Source of the DNA: Candidatus Cloacimonadales bacterium | Lineage (GTDB): Bacteria > Cloacimonadota > Cloacimonadia > Cloacimonadales > JAIOQZ01 | Assembly (NCBI GenBank): GCA_963674825.1 | Contig: OY771587.1 | Span: 1,600,001-1,664,000, forward strand | Length of the DNA: 64,000 bases | Direction of reading: 5' to 3' | Part shown: one piece after another, positions 48,338 to 57,328 of the stretch | How the letters are laid out: every line of letters starts with the position of its first letter | How positions within the stretch are numbered: position 1 is the first letter of the stretch | Position numbers and translations under genes: made by a program | Notes under the pieces: generated by a model | What the model was told of the DNA's origin: nothing | What the model saw: only the letters and a program-made list of their open reading frames with translations | The model's database searches: none

Positions 48338-48475
48338 CCGGTTCGTCCAAATCAATCGTAATGCAGAATTGTACTTCCATGATGGATCGTGTCAAAGGAT
48401 TTTCTCAAATATGGGACAGTTTTGCATGATACGCTGGGTACGTAGAGCTCCAGTTCCGCATTCTCTTTTCTCTTA

Positions 48476-48530
48476 CCCTCGCCCTTTTCGGGGAGAGGGT
48501 CGGTTCGACGAAGGAGAACCGGGGTGAGGG
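48476..48530. repeat. REP-like GC-rich palindromic element
   Basis: CCCTCGCCC-TTTTCG-GGGAGAGGG...GGGGTGAGGG, abutting the stop codon of the FG-GAP gene; same ends as the element inside the GT2 gene. Confidence 0.7.
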
Positions 48531-50177
48531 TCACTTAAGCAGCGTCACCTTTTTCGTCTGGATGACATGACCATCCATCTTGAGCTTACAGAAGTAGATC
48601 CCACTCGAAAAGCCTTCGGCATTCCAGGTGATGGATGAGGGAAACCCCCTTTTATTCCCGTTTGAGTGATTCGAGTTTTTGCCTCCGGCAAAACTCACAC
48701 TTCTCAGGGGGATAGGGACTGAGTCCACCTTTTGCCCTCGTATGTTATAGATTTCTATCGTCAGATCGTGGTATTCGGTATCCGTTTTGATCTCGAACGA
48801 CACCTCTGGATTGAACGGATTCGGGTAAGCATTAAAAGTAATATCTGAAGATGGAACTGACTCGTCGCTCGTATCATCGGTATCCACCTCTTCAAGATCC
48901 TCATGTCCGCCGTAAACGTACACATGCCCCCAGTTCCAATAAGCGTTCCCGCCATCTCCATATGCTCCTACGGCGATATCATCGAACCCGTCGTTATCGA
49001 AATCGCCAACTGCATGAGAAAAGGTCATACCAAAACCATCTTGGCCATTTCCTCGATTAAAATCCCATGTTCCGTTTTGATCGCCAAGATAGAAATAGAT
49101 TATCCCTCCAGAATTTGTTATGTGATAAGGATTTACAATATCTCCTTTGCCGTCTCCATTCAGGTCGCCACAAGACGGCATCAGGTGAGAATAATACTCG
49201 ATATGACCATACCAATCCCAATGGATGGTCTCCCCCCCTCTCCATAGAGGGCAACCGATTGCAGTCATCGATTCCTCGTCCACATCATACCCCGAGATCA
49301 CGAAATCATCATAACCGTCGCCGTTCCAGTCTCCGGCAGGCCAGAGTTCATACCATAAATTTGGAATGGCGAGAAATTCTAATGTATAATCAGGGGTTGT
49401 ACTTAGAGTCGGTCCACCGTAAAAGAAGCAGTTATAATGGCGGTAATATTCATCCCAGTCAAGTTCGTAGTAATAGTTGAAGTCGTCGTAGCCGTCGCCG
49501 TTTACATCTCCTAAGCCGCGGAATCCCTTTCCGTTCCGCGTGTAGAGGGAATCCACGAACGGTACTCTTTCGAAGCTCCCGCCATAGACGATGGAATAGA
49601 ATAGTGTGTCGGCACTATCTTCGGTAATTCCCGCATCGTCGTAGCCGTCCCCGTTGATGTCGCCGAGGGGATTGATTGCTCGATCGGATGTACTATGTAA
49701 ATACCAGTAGTCAGGAATCGTATCATTTATCGTGTTACCTAGTAAAATCCCCGTATAAAAGCAATATTGGTAATCCCCATTGTTAATTGCATAGCTATAA
49801 CTAAATCCTAAATCGTCACAGTTATCACCATTCATATCACCAAGATTCTGAATATCTCTCCACAATTCAATGTACACTTTACTTGTATCAATGGGGGTAG
49901 AAATTGTAAGATCTGGTACGCTAGATAATCCATCGTCTGAGCCAAAATAAACATATAGCTTACCACGGTAGTAATGTATTTCTTCGTCAAGATAATATCT
50001 TCGAGCACTCACCGCCAAATCATCGATGCCATCGCCGTTGAAATCTAGCGCAATAACATAGTAGCCGTAATCATCGCAGGCTTGCTCGCCTTGCTGTTCC
50101 CACACTACGTTCATATAATTGGTGCTGTATAACAATGCGCTCATGGCGAGTAGAATCAATATGTATAGGTATCGCAT
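48531..50177 (-). CDS. secreted FG-GAP (integrin-like) repeat protein with FlgD-Ig/secretion C-terminal domain
   Basis: Seven GDxNGDGxDD-type repeats, signal peptide, AYPNPFNP, SGIYFCKL, KVTLLK. Confidence 0.88.
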   Translation of the reverse strand: MRYLYILILLAMSALLYSTNYMNVVWEQQGEQACDDYGYYVIALDFNGDGIDDLAVSARRYYLDEEIHYYRGKLYVYFGSDDGLSSVPDLTISTPIDTSKVYIELWRDIQNLGDMNGDNCDDLGFSYSYAINNGDYQYCFYTGILLGNTINDTIPDYWYLHSTSDRAINPLGDINGDGYDDAGITEDSADTLFYSIVYGGSFERVPFVDSLYTRNGKGFRGLGDVNGDGYDDFNYYYELDWDEYYRHYNCFFYGGPTLSTTPDYTLEFLAIPNLWYELWPAGDWNGDGYDDFVISGYDVDEESMTAIGCPLWRGGETIHWDWYGHIEYYSHLMPSCGDLNGDGKGDIVNPYHITNSGGIIYFYLGDQNGTWDFNRGNGQDGFGMTFSHAVGDFDNDGFDDIAVGAYGDGGNAYWNWGHVYVYGGHEDLEEVDTDDTSDESVPSSDITFNAYPNPFNPEVSFEIKTDTEYHDLTIEIYNIRGQKVDSVPIPLRSVSFAGGKNSNHSNGNKRGFPSSITWNAEGFSSGIYFCKLKMDGHVIQTKKVTLLK

Positions 50178-50297
50178 GGTTGCCCTCCATTCTGTCGAAG
50201 TCCCTGTGAGCAGGATTTTAATATTCTTTTAGATCGTGTCAAGAAATCAGGCTGGAATCTTCCATTCATGCAATTGAATTGCCGCTCGAGGCTGGTT

Positions 50298-50313
50298 TGG
50301 CATCGAACGTGCA
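50298..50313 (+). promoter_or_regulatory. sigma54 promoter candidate
   Basis: TGGCATCGAACGTGCA (GG-N10-GC). Confidence 0.6.
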
Positions 50314-50473
50314 TATTAATTTTCATGTATCCGAAAGCCTGCCAGCCTGAAGATACGACTGCCTCAGACCTTGGGGGAAACGAGGCCAATCCGGTATTGT
50401 CTGTGCGTCATTATGAGATATTACCATATAACTTTGATATGAACGCATGCGATTCATAATTCCTGCTCGATTA

Positions 50474-50513
50474 GCTGCCGGATTGACGCATACCACGGTC
50501 CGGCAGCATTTTT
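50474..50513 (+). terminator. intrinsic terminator
   Basis: GCTGCCGGA...TCCGGCAGC stem followed by ATTTTT. Confidence 0.55.
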
Positions 50514-50640
50514 ATATTTACATGTTTGCATTACTACATTATAGAATCCAATGACTTACGATCCGTCCGAATACGAACGTTTTTAATACATAATCGAACG
50601 AAATCCATGTTTCCGGTTCAGATTCTCCAGAAAATCCCAT

Positions 50641-50656
50641 TGGAATCGGTCGTGCA
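50641..50656 (+). promoter_or_regulatory. sigma54 promoter candidate for the ABC permease
   Basis: TGGAATCGGTCGTGCA (GG-N10-GC), about 50 bp before ATG 50708. Confidence 0.55.
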
Positions 50657-50707
50657 TATAGATTTCACTTGAGAGAGAGGAAATTCAAAACAAAGAGGCC
50701 ACATTTT

Positions 50708-53104
50708 ATGCTCGCAAAGATATTAATTGTAGGGTTCAGAAATTTGCTCAAAAACAAGACCTTCTCTCTGATCAACGTCGTAGGTCTCGCTGTAGGTCTT
50801 GCATCCTGCGTGTTTCTGATCCTCATCGCCAATTTCCATTATCACTTTGATGACTACCACTCCAAAATCGATCGCATCTATCGCCTCAACGACCGCATCG
50901 TGGGCCAGGGAAGCATCGATCACAACACTGCACTCACGCCACCGGAGTGGTCACCTGCCATGAAAGAGGAATACCCTGAGGTGGAAGACTTCTGCCGCAT
51001 CGAGGACGGAAACGTCAATTTTCGCGTCGGAGAAGAACTGAACAGCTACTACCTCGTTTACACCGATCCATCCTTCTTCGATATATTCGATTACCCGCTT
51101 ATAGCCGGCAATCCCAAGACCGCGCTCAACGAGCCGTACTCACTTATCCTGGGAAAAGATTACGCCGAGCAGCTCTTCCCGGACGAAGATCCTGTCGGAA
51201 AAACGCTCTTTTCCGTCGTCGAAAACAAAAACTACCTGGTTACCGGTGTGATGGGAGAAATACCCTACAACACCACCATGTATATTCCGGCTCTCTCATC
51301 ATACAGCACACTGAACAAGGATAATTATCAGTACTTCGAATCGTGGTACTACCACGCGGTCACAACATTCCTCCTCTTGAAACCGAACACAGATTACAAA
51401 AAGCTTCAGGAGAAATTCCCGGAGTTTATCGACCAGCACATGGATACAGAGAAGGTTGGCCGGTATAAGCCTTTCTTGCAACCGATGAAGAATTACCACC
51501 TCAAAAAGCGCTTTCTCCGCAGCGAGCAAGGTAATTTCATCGATCGAAACATCGTGCTTCTGATCGGCGGAATCGGGCTTCTGGTGATCGTTCTCGCATC
51601 GATCAACTATATCAATCTATCCAGTGCAATCTCCATGCGACGCTCAAGGGAAGTGGGTATGCGCAAGATATTCGGCTCCATGCGCAACCAGATCGTCACA
51701 CAGTTCATGGCTGAATCGCTCATTCTGTCCATCCCCTCCGGCATCGTCGGCACGGTTCTACTGGAACTCATCATCAAATACCTGAATTCAGCTTACTTCG
51801 ACAACATCTTCCCCACGCCCTATTATACCACGACGCACATCTTCGTCCTGACCATGATCATCTCGGTCATCGTTGGCCTTCTGGCAGGAATCTACCCTTC
51901 GTTCGTTCTATCATCTTACCGGCCTGCCGCAGCACTGAAAGACGGCTCCACCAAGGGACTAAAAGGGATGTGGTTCCGTAAGCTCTTCATCGTAGTGCAG
52001 TTCTTCCTGGCCATCACGCTGCTGGTCATCAATATCAATTTCTATCGCCAGATCAAATACATGGAGACCAAGGACTACGGCTTTAATCCAGACAGCATCT
52101 ACACCATCCCCAATCCCATCGGTTCCCGCTACGACCGGGCCGAAGTATTCCGTCAACGTTTGCTCGATGTTCAGGGAGTGAAAGAAGTCTCATTTTCCGC
52201 CAACACGCCAGGACTGGGCTACTGGTGGGGACGCTTCCTTCCCGAGGGTGCCGATCAGGAAGACGGCAGGATGTACAAGGTGCTGTTCGTTGACGATCGC
52301 GTTCTACCCATGATGGATTTCAAGCTGCTCGAGGGCCGATTCTTCTCGAACGAGTTCGCCACCGACAGCGTCAACACCGCAATAATCAACGAGGCTGCAT
52401 TGCGTGAATTCGGCTGGGATACTGCTGTCGGGAAGAAGGTTAACTACCTCTACCAGCAGTTCGGCGATACCACCCGTACCATTATCGGCGTGGTGAAGGA
52501 TTTCCATAGCGACAACCTCACCGAGCCCATCACACCCATGGTCATAATGTTCGATCCAAAGTTCATGAACGTCGCGAATATCAAGTACGATGAATCCAGA
52601 CGCAAAGAGATCCGGGATGAGATCGTCGAGATATGGAAGGAGTATCAGCCCGATTCGCCGATAAGCTACGGCACCTTCTTCGATGATGTTCTGGCCCGTC
52701 GTATCCATAGTATCAAGCCGTTCGTGCAAATGATCTCTATGTTTACCGGGCTATCCATCTTCATCGCCTGCATGGGCCTTTTCGGGTTGGTCTCGCTGGT
52801 GGCCCAGCAAAAACGAAAGGAAATGGGAATCCGCAAGGTGTTCGGGGCTTCGGGCGGCAGAATAGCCTACGAAGTTTCCTCGTACCTGATCAAATTTGTG
52901 ATCATCGCCAATGTTATCGCAATCCCGTTCGCGTGGTACGTCTTGAAGCAGGTAACCAGCAACATGGCATACGTGGTCAATTTCGTAGCCTGGCCGTGCA
53001 TTGTAGCCGCATTGGCCACGCTGATCATCGCGCTCTTGTCCGTTGGATGGCACGCGATCAAGACTGCTCGTTCCAATCCGGTGGATTCACTCCGATACGA
53101 ATAA
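50708..53104 (+). CDS. MacB/FtsX-type ABC transporter permease (duplicated architecture)
   Basis: FSLINVVGLAVG, INYINLS...RSREVGMRKIFG, IGVVKDFH, KEMGIRKVFGAS, NPVDSLRYE. Confidence 0.92.
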   Translation: MLAKILIVGFRNLLKNKTFSLINVVGLAVGLASCVFLILIANFHYHFDDYHSKIDRIYRLNDRIVGQGSIDHNTALTPPEWSPAMKEEYPEVEDFCRIEDGNVNFRVGEELNSYYLVYTDPSFFDIFDYPLIAGNPKTALNEPYSLILGKDYAEQLFPDEDPVGKTLFSVVENKNYLVTGVMGEIPYNTTMYIPALSSYSTLNKDNYQYFESWYYHAVTTFLLLKPNTDYKKLQEKFPEFIDQHMDTEKVGRYKPFLQPMKNYHLKKRFLRSEQGNFIDRNIVLLIGGIGLLVIVLASINYINLSSAISMRRSREVGMRKIFGSMRNQIVTQFMAESLILSIPSGIVGTVLLELIIKYLNSAYFDNIFPTPYYTTTHIFVLTMIISVIVGLLAGIYPSFVLSSYRPAAALKDGSTKGLKGMWFRKLFIVVQFFLAITLLVININFYRQIKYMETKDYGFNPDSIYTIPNPIGSRYDRAEVFRQRLLDVQGVKEVSFSANTPGLGYWWGRFLPEGADQEDGRMYKVLFVDDRVLPMMDFKLLEGRFFSNEFATDSVNTAIINEAALREFGWDTAVGKKVNYLYQQFGDTTRTIIGVVKDFHSDNLTEPITPMVIMFDPKFMNVANIKYDESRRKEIRDEIVEIWKEYQPDSPISYGTFFDDVLARRIHSIKPFVQMISMFTGLSIFIACMGLFGLVSLVAQQKRKEMGIRKVFGASGGRIAYEVSSYLIKFVIIANVIAIPFAWYVLKQVTSNMAYVVNFVAWPCIVAALATLIIALLSVGWHAIKTARSNPVDSLRYE

Positions 53105-53125
53105 TTACTCCGTATGAAATAATAA

Positions 53126-53154
53126 GAAAGGGCAGCCGCAACGGCTGCCCTTTC
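53126..53154. terminator. bidirectional terminator between convergent genes
   Basis: GAAAGGGCAGCCG-CAA-CGGCTGCCCTTTC perfect 13-bp stem. Confidence 0.8.
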
Positions 53155-53175
53155 CTATATCTATAAGATGTTGTA

Positions 53176-53634
53176 TTACAATACGAATCGATACATGATT
53201 TGCAGGATGACGTTGCTGAGGATACCAGCCATCACGTCGTCTGCAGTGATACCCAGCCCACCGGTCAGCCGCTGTAATTGTTTCACGGGAAACGGCTTGA
53301 CGATATCGAAAAAGCGAAACAGCACAAAAGCGAGTCCGGCAGTAAGAATCGTCTGCGGAAGCATAAGCACCGCAATAAAATAGCCACATACCTCGTCAAT
53401 TACAATACGACCATCGTCATGCCCCAGTTCACGTTCCGCGAAATCGCTGAACAACACGCTGAGCAACGTCGTCGCCACAGCGATGATCCATAACACCGTC
53501 TGATTTACGGCCACCAGGCTCGACGATAGAATCAGATAAATTCCGGCGGTCAGCAGCGTGGCAAATGTACCGGGCGCTTTCGGAAAATATCCGGTATAGA
53601 AAAACGTAGCAAAAAAGACCGACAGCTTCCGCAC
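53176..53634 (-). CDS. pgpA: phosphatidylglycerophosphatase A
   Basis: PKAPGTFAT, DDGRIVIDE, FRFFDIVKPFP, GITADDVMAG. Confidence 0.92.
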   Translation of the reverse strand: MRKLSVFFATFFYTGYFPKAPGTFATLLTAGIYLILSSSLVAVNQTVLWIIAVATTLLSVLFSDFAERELGHDDGRIVIDEVCGYFIAVLMLPQTILTAGLAFVLFRFFDIVKPFPVKQLQRLTGGLGITADDVMAGILSNVILQIMYRFVL

Positions 53635-54905
53635 TATTCCTCGAGAAACACTTCGACGTATTTGTCTTTTTTGAGCTGACGAATCAGGTCTTCGTAGATT
53701 TCCATCTGCTTCTGATTTTCTACATAGCCGCGAAGCTGATCCTGGATCTCGGTATATTCGTAAGGACGTTCGGGAACCCTCTTCAGCTTGCCAAAGATGT
53801 ACAGCAGCTCGTCCTGACGGATCACATCGGTGTAGTCGCCGTAATCGAGTGCCATGAGCTGATCCTTGAACATCTCGGGATATTCATCGACACTGAATTC
53901 GCCCATGATTCCGCCATGAACCGCAGTCGAATCATCTTCGGAGTATGTCATCGCGAGTTCACTGAAATCCTCACCCGCGCGAAGACGCTGCAAGACATTG
54001 TCCATTAGCTGAATTTCAGCTTCAACATCCTCTTCGGAGGCAACGACCTGCTTAAGAATGTGTCTTGCACGGACATTATCGCCGTCACGTTCTTCAACCT
54101 TGATTATGTGATAGCCGAATTGGGTCTTCACAACATCGCTAATCTGCCCAGGACGCAACTCGAACGCTACCTTCTCGAATTCATAGACCATCTGTCCGCG
54201 ACCGAAGAAACCTAGATCGCCACCATTTTTCTTGCTGGGGCAATCGCTACGTTCTTTGGCCAGCTTGGCAAAATCGGCACCTTCACGGAGCTCGTCGAGA
54301 ATCTCGCTGATCTCTTTCAGCGCTTTTTCCTGCGTATCTTCACTAGCTTCTATTTTGCGCATGATCATACCGATCTGGTCCTTTTCTGGACGCAGTGGAA
54401 TCTCATCGCGGTGCTCTTCGTAGTACTCTTCCACTTCCGCTTCGGTAACGGTCACCTTGCTGCGGATTTCGTTCTGGAAGATAAGCTGCTTGAGCTGTTC
54501 TTCGCGGATACGATCCTGATAGACCTTCTTCAGGTCGTAATAGGTCAATCCGGCTTTTTGCATCTCTTGTTCCATCACTTCACGCGAAGGAAACTGTGCT
54601 GCGACTTTATCCAGCTCTTCCTGAGCCTGCAATTTTATCTTTTGTTCGTCAACATTATAGGCTTCGTCTCGCGCTTTCTGGATAATCAGGCGTGATTCGA
54701 TCATCTGATCCAGCACATCCATCTCTGTCATGTCGGGCGGCATCATCTTCATGCTTTGCATCTGCATGATCTGGGTCTGTAATTCGCTTTCCAGAATGAT
54801 CTCTCTTCCGATCTTGGCAACGATCCGATCCAGCACTTCAGCGCTTGCATTGGCGCAAAGAATCGTCAGCATGATTGCGATCCATATCAGTCGTGTGATT
54901 TTCAT
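53634..54905 (-). CDS. SurA-like chaperone with parvulin PPIase domains
   Basis: Signal peptide, DRIVAKIG SurA N-domain, FAKLAKERSDCPSKKNGGDLG, TQFGYHII, ARHIL. Confidence 0.85.
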   Translation of the reverse strand: MKITRLIWIAIMLTILCANASAEVLDRIVAKIGREIILESELQTQIMQMQSMKMMPPDMTEMDVLDQMIESRLIIQKARDEAYNVDEQKIKLQAQEELDKVAAQFPSREVMEQEMQKAGLTYYDLKKVYQDRIREEQLKQLIFQNEIRSKVTVTEAEVEEYYEEHRDEIPLRPEKDQIGMIMRKIEASEDTQEKALKEISEILDELREGADFAKLAKERSDCPSKKNGGDLGFFGRGQMVYEFEKVAFELRPGQISDVVKTQFGYHIIKVEERDGDNVRARHILKQVVASEEDVEAEIQLMDNVLQRLRAGEDFSELAMTYSEDDSTAVHGGIMGEFSVDEYPEMFKDQLMALDYGDYTDVIRQDELLYIFGKLKRVPERPYEYTEIQDQLRGYVENQKQMEIYEDLIRQLKKDKYVEVFLEE

Positions 54906-54924
54906 TCGTTTCTATTCCTTCGTC

Positions 54925-55728
54925 TTATATATTCGTCACGATCTTGGCTTTCTTTTCGAGTTCCTGGATGAGGTTCTCAGTCTCGCTCTTGAGCTTTTCG
55001 ACTCGTAGCTTCTCTTCTATTTCCGCTTTGACGTCTTCGAAGTCGGCTGCCTGGGTAGGAACCTTTCGACTCCGATAATGCAGGATAAGGTAATAGCCAT
55101 TATCAACCTGGACCGCAGCATATTCCCACGCATTTCGCTTGATCAGCTCGTTCCAGATGCGATCACCAAGTTCCTTGCGCGATTGGAAGCCAACCCAACC
55201 ACCATTTTTGCCGATTGCTTCCTCTGAATATTTGGTCGCGGCATCGGTAAACTTCATTCCGCCACGGATCGCGTCCTGTACTTCCTGAAGCTTTTCTTTG
55301 GTCGATACGAAGATTCGCTGGATCTTGAGTTCGGTTTCTTCACCGAGATAGTTCCGCTTGTAATACTCGAACGCTTCTTCTTCTGAGATATTGATCTGCC
55401 GGACATACTGTGCCAACACTGCATTGGCGAGCACCTTCATCCGAGCGCTATCAAGCTTCATACGAATGGCCGGTTGTTGATCGAGATGCATGCTCTGCGC
55501 TTCCTGACTCAAGAGGGTCAATCGCTTCCATTGGTTGACGATTTCCTGCTTGTCTTCGGTAGAGAGCGCGTTCCATGCCTCAGGAGAATATTCGGCCTGG
55601 AGATCTTCCAGCAACAGCACAGCATCGTTGACCTGTGCAACGACCGTACCCTGCGGTTCTTCTGCCTGTTTTTTGCAGGAAACAACCAGAAGCGTAATGA
55701 ACACCAGAAAAATAGTAAGGTATCTCAT
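54925..55728 (-). CDS. parvulin-type peptidylprolyl isomerase lipoprotein
   Basis: Lipobox VVSC, VVAQVN, FTDAATKYSE...NGGWVG. Confidence 0.75.
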   Translation of the reverse strand: MRYLTIFLVFITLLVVSCKKQAEEPQGTVVAQVNDAVLLLEDLQAEYSPEAWNALSTEDKQEIVNQWKRLTLLSQEAQSMHLDQQPAIRMKLDSARMKVLANAVLAQYVRQINISEEEAFEYYKRNYLGEETELKIQRIFVSTKEKLQEVQDAIRGGMKFTDAATKYSEEAIGKNGGWVGFQSRKELGDRIWNELIKRNAWEYAAVQVDNGYYLILHYRSRKVPTQAADFEDVKAEIEEKLRVEKLKSETENLIQELEKKAKIVTNI

Positions 55729-55729
55729 G

Positions 55730-56950
55730 TCAGAATTCCTCAATAAATGGTCTGGTGAATGTCACATCGAGATAGGGGTCTGATGTTGAAAGAATGTGTC
55801 CCAGATCACGATCTTCTTCGACAGAACGGATCAGGAAACCGTGATTTTCCGCTTCTCCCGACACAATCGCCTGAAGCAGCGAGGTTATATCGACCCGGAT
55901 TTGACCGGTATCTTCGTCGTAATACGCCACATCGTTTCCAGTATAGTAGAGGTAGTCTTCCGTGTAGATCAGTGGGACAGAAGGCTCTTCAGTCAGCATC
56001 ATATAGGCGCGAGCAGAGAACGTTCCATCCACAGCGTAAGATTGATCCGCGTCGATATCGAAGACCAGCTCCGCTCGGTTGATGGTGGTGTGCGTGTAAT
56101 CGTAGGCGGTGAGTTCATCAAGACCAGATACGGAAAGTGCTTCGTTGAACTGGTCGTAGTCGAAATTCAGCTTGATCACCGTACGATAGGGATAGATATT
56201 CGAGAGGAACATACCATCGAACGATTCGCCCAGGGTGGTGTCCTCATCGGGATTATTATAAATGGTCACATCGTCGATCGCGTCTTCGGAATAGGTCAAA
56301 GTCTCTCCATCCACCGTATAATCGAACTCGAGGAGCGGAGCATAATCAGAATCAAGCGAGTAGATCTCCAGAAACTGGTCCGGTGTGTCCGTGAAAAGGG
56401 CGATACCGAAGTTATTGGTTTCGTCTTCGTCATTGGTGATATTATCCAGCCATTCCTGCAGCAAATCGAGCGGGAACGTGACAGCCAGTGTATCGACGGC
56501 AGAATCGTACTGGAAACTCGCGATTGCTTCGTAATCGTGTCCGGGAGTTTCCCATTCGATTTCATCGGCTGCATAGGTCCAGGTGCAGTCTTCCTCTTCC
56601 CAGTTCTCGGGCATTCTGGCGATTCGGATCGTCATGCTGTCCGGAACGACATCGTTTACCGGCTTGATATACATAGTTGCGGATAATGCCTGAGCATCGG
56701 ATGGTAAATCGTCCCATCTGATAAGGGTCATGAGCCGGATGTTCTGGTAGTTGCCAAGTGTGTTGATGGTTGCACCATCGTAGTTCTGTACAGTATCACG
56801 ATAGTTCCAGGCATATGTAACCAGACTGTCGGACATGGTCACATTTTCAGGATCAAGGATATTGTTATCATATCCAGTTTGATTTGCTTTGTCGGTGCAA
56901 CCGACTGTCAGGAGAACTGCTGCAATGAGCAGTGCGATGAAAAACCTCAT
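55730..56950 (-). CDS. acidic lipoprotein of unknown function (DNRLRE/DUF4270-like)
   Basis: Lipobox TVGC; WEEEDCTW, NFGIAL and NHGFLI suggest two related beta domains. Confidence 0.6.
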   Translation of the reverse strand: MRFFIALLIAAVLLTVGCTDKANQTGYDNNILDPENVTMSDSLVTYAWNYRDTVQNYDGATINTLGNYQNIRLMTLIRWDDLPSDAQALSATMYIKPVNDVVPDSMTIRIARMPENWEEEDCTWTYAADEIEWETPGHDYEAIASFQYDSAVDTLAVTFPLDLLQEWLDNITNDEDETNNFGIALFTDTPDQFLEIYSLDSDYAPLLEFDYTVDGETLTYSEDAIDDVTIYNNPDEDTTLGESFDGMFLSNIYPYRTVIKLNFDYDQFNEALSVSGLDELTAYDYTHTTINRAELVFDIDADQSYAVDGTFSARAYMMLTEEPSVPLIYTEDYLYYTGNDVAYYDEDTGQIRVDITSLLQAIVSGEAENHGFLIRSVEEDRDLGHILSTSDPYLDVTFTRPFIEEF

Positions 56951-56954
56951 ACAT

Positions 56955-57215
56955 AATCCTTATATGATTTCTATTTTATATTCAATACATAGAGATAATA
57001 ATAATAACAAGGGCTGTGGATATGGTGATAACCCTGTTTTTATAACGCAGAAGCTGCTGCCTTGTTACTATTTACAATGACACGGAAAATGTGGATAACC
57101 CGTGTATTTCTTTTGAATAACATGTCAGTTATCCACGTACCTTGTTTTTGTCAAAGGAATTCCAAGCGTTATCCACAGTCATTAACACCATCCTGTGTGG
57201 ATAAGTGGATATCGG
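56955..57215. other. oriC part downstream of dnaA with DNA unwinding element
   Basis: DnaA boxes at 57015, 57090, 57129, 57169, 57196; GCCC followed by a (TTA)n trio array and an AT-rich tract at about 56955-57010. Confidence 0.85.
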
Positions 57216-57328
57216 GATTTTGACCGATAATTTCATACTCGTAACTCCTTTCATATAAAAAAAATCCCACTGGCCTCGCATGATTTTGAATCCTTCGAAA
57301 CACAGTGGGATAAATTTCAGGTTCACGT

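Noticed and set aside
44526..48418. Inverted 17-bp sites flanking the activator as transposon ends
   Set aside because: No transposase or target duplication; extra copies near a sigma54 promoter fit binding sites better
50325..50400. Cobalamin or c-di-GMP riboswitch
   Set aside because: Only fragmentary resemblance; the conserved core motifs are not present in order
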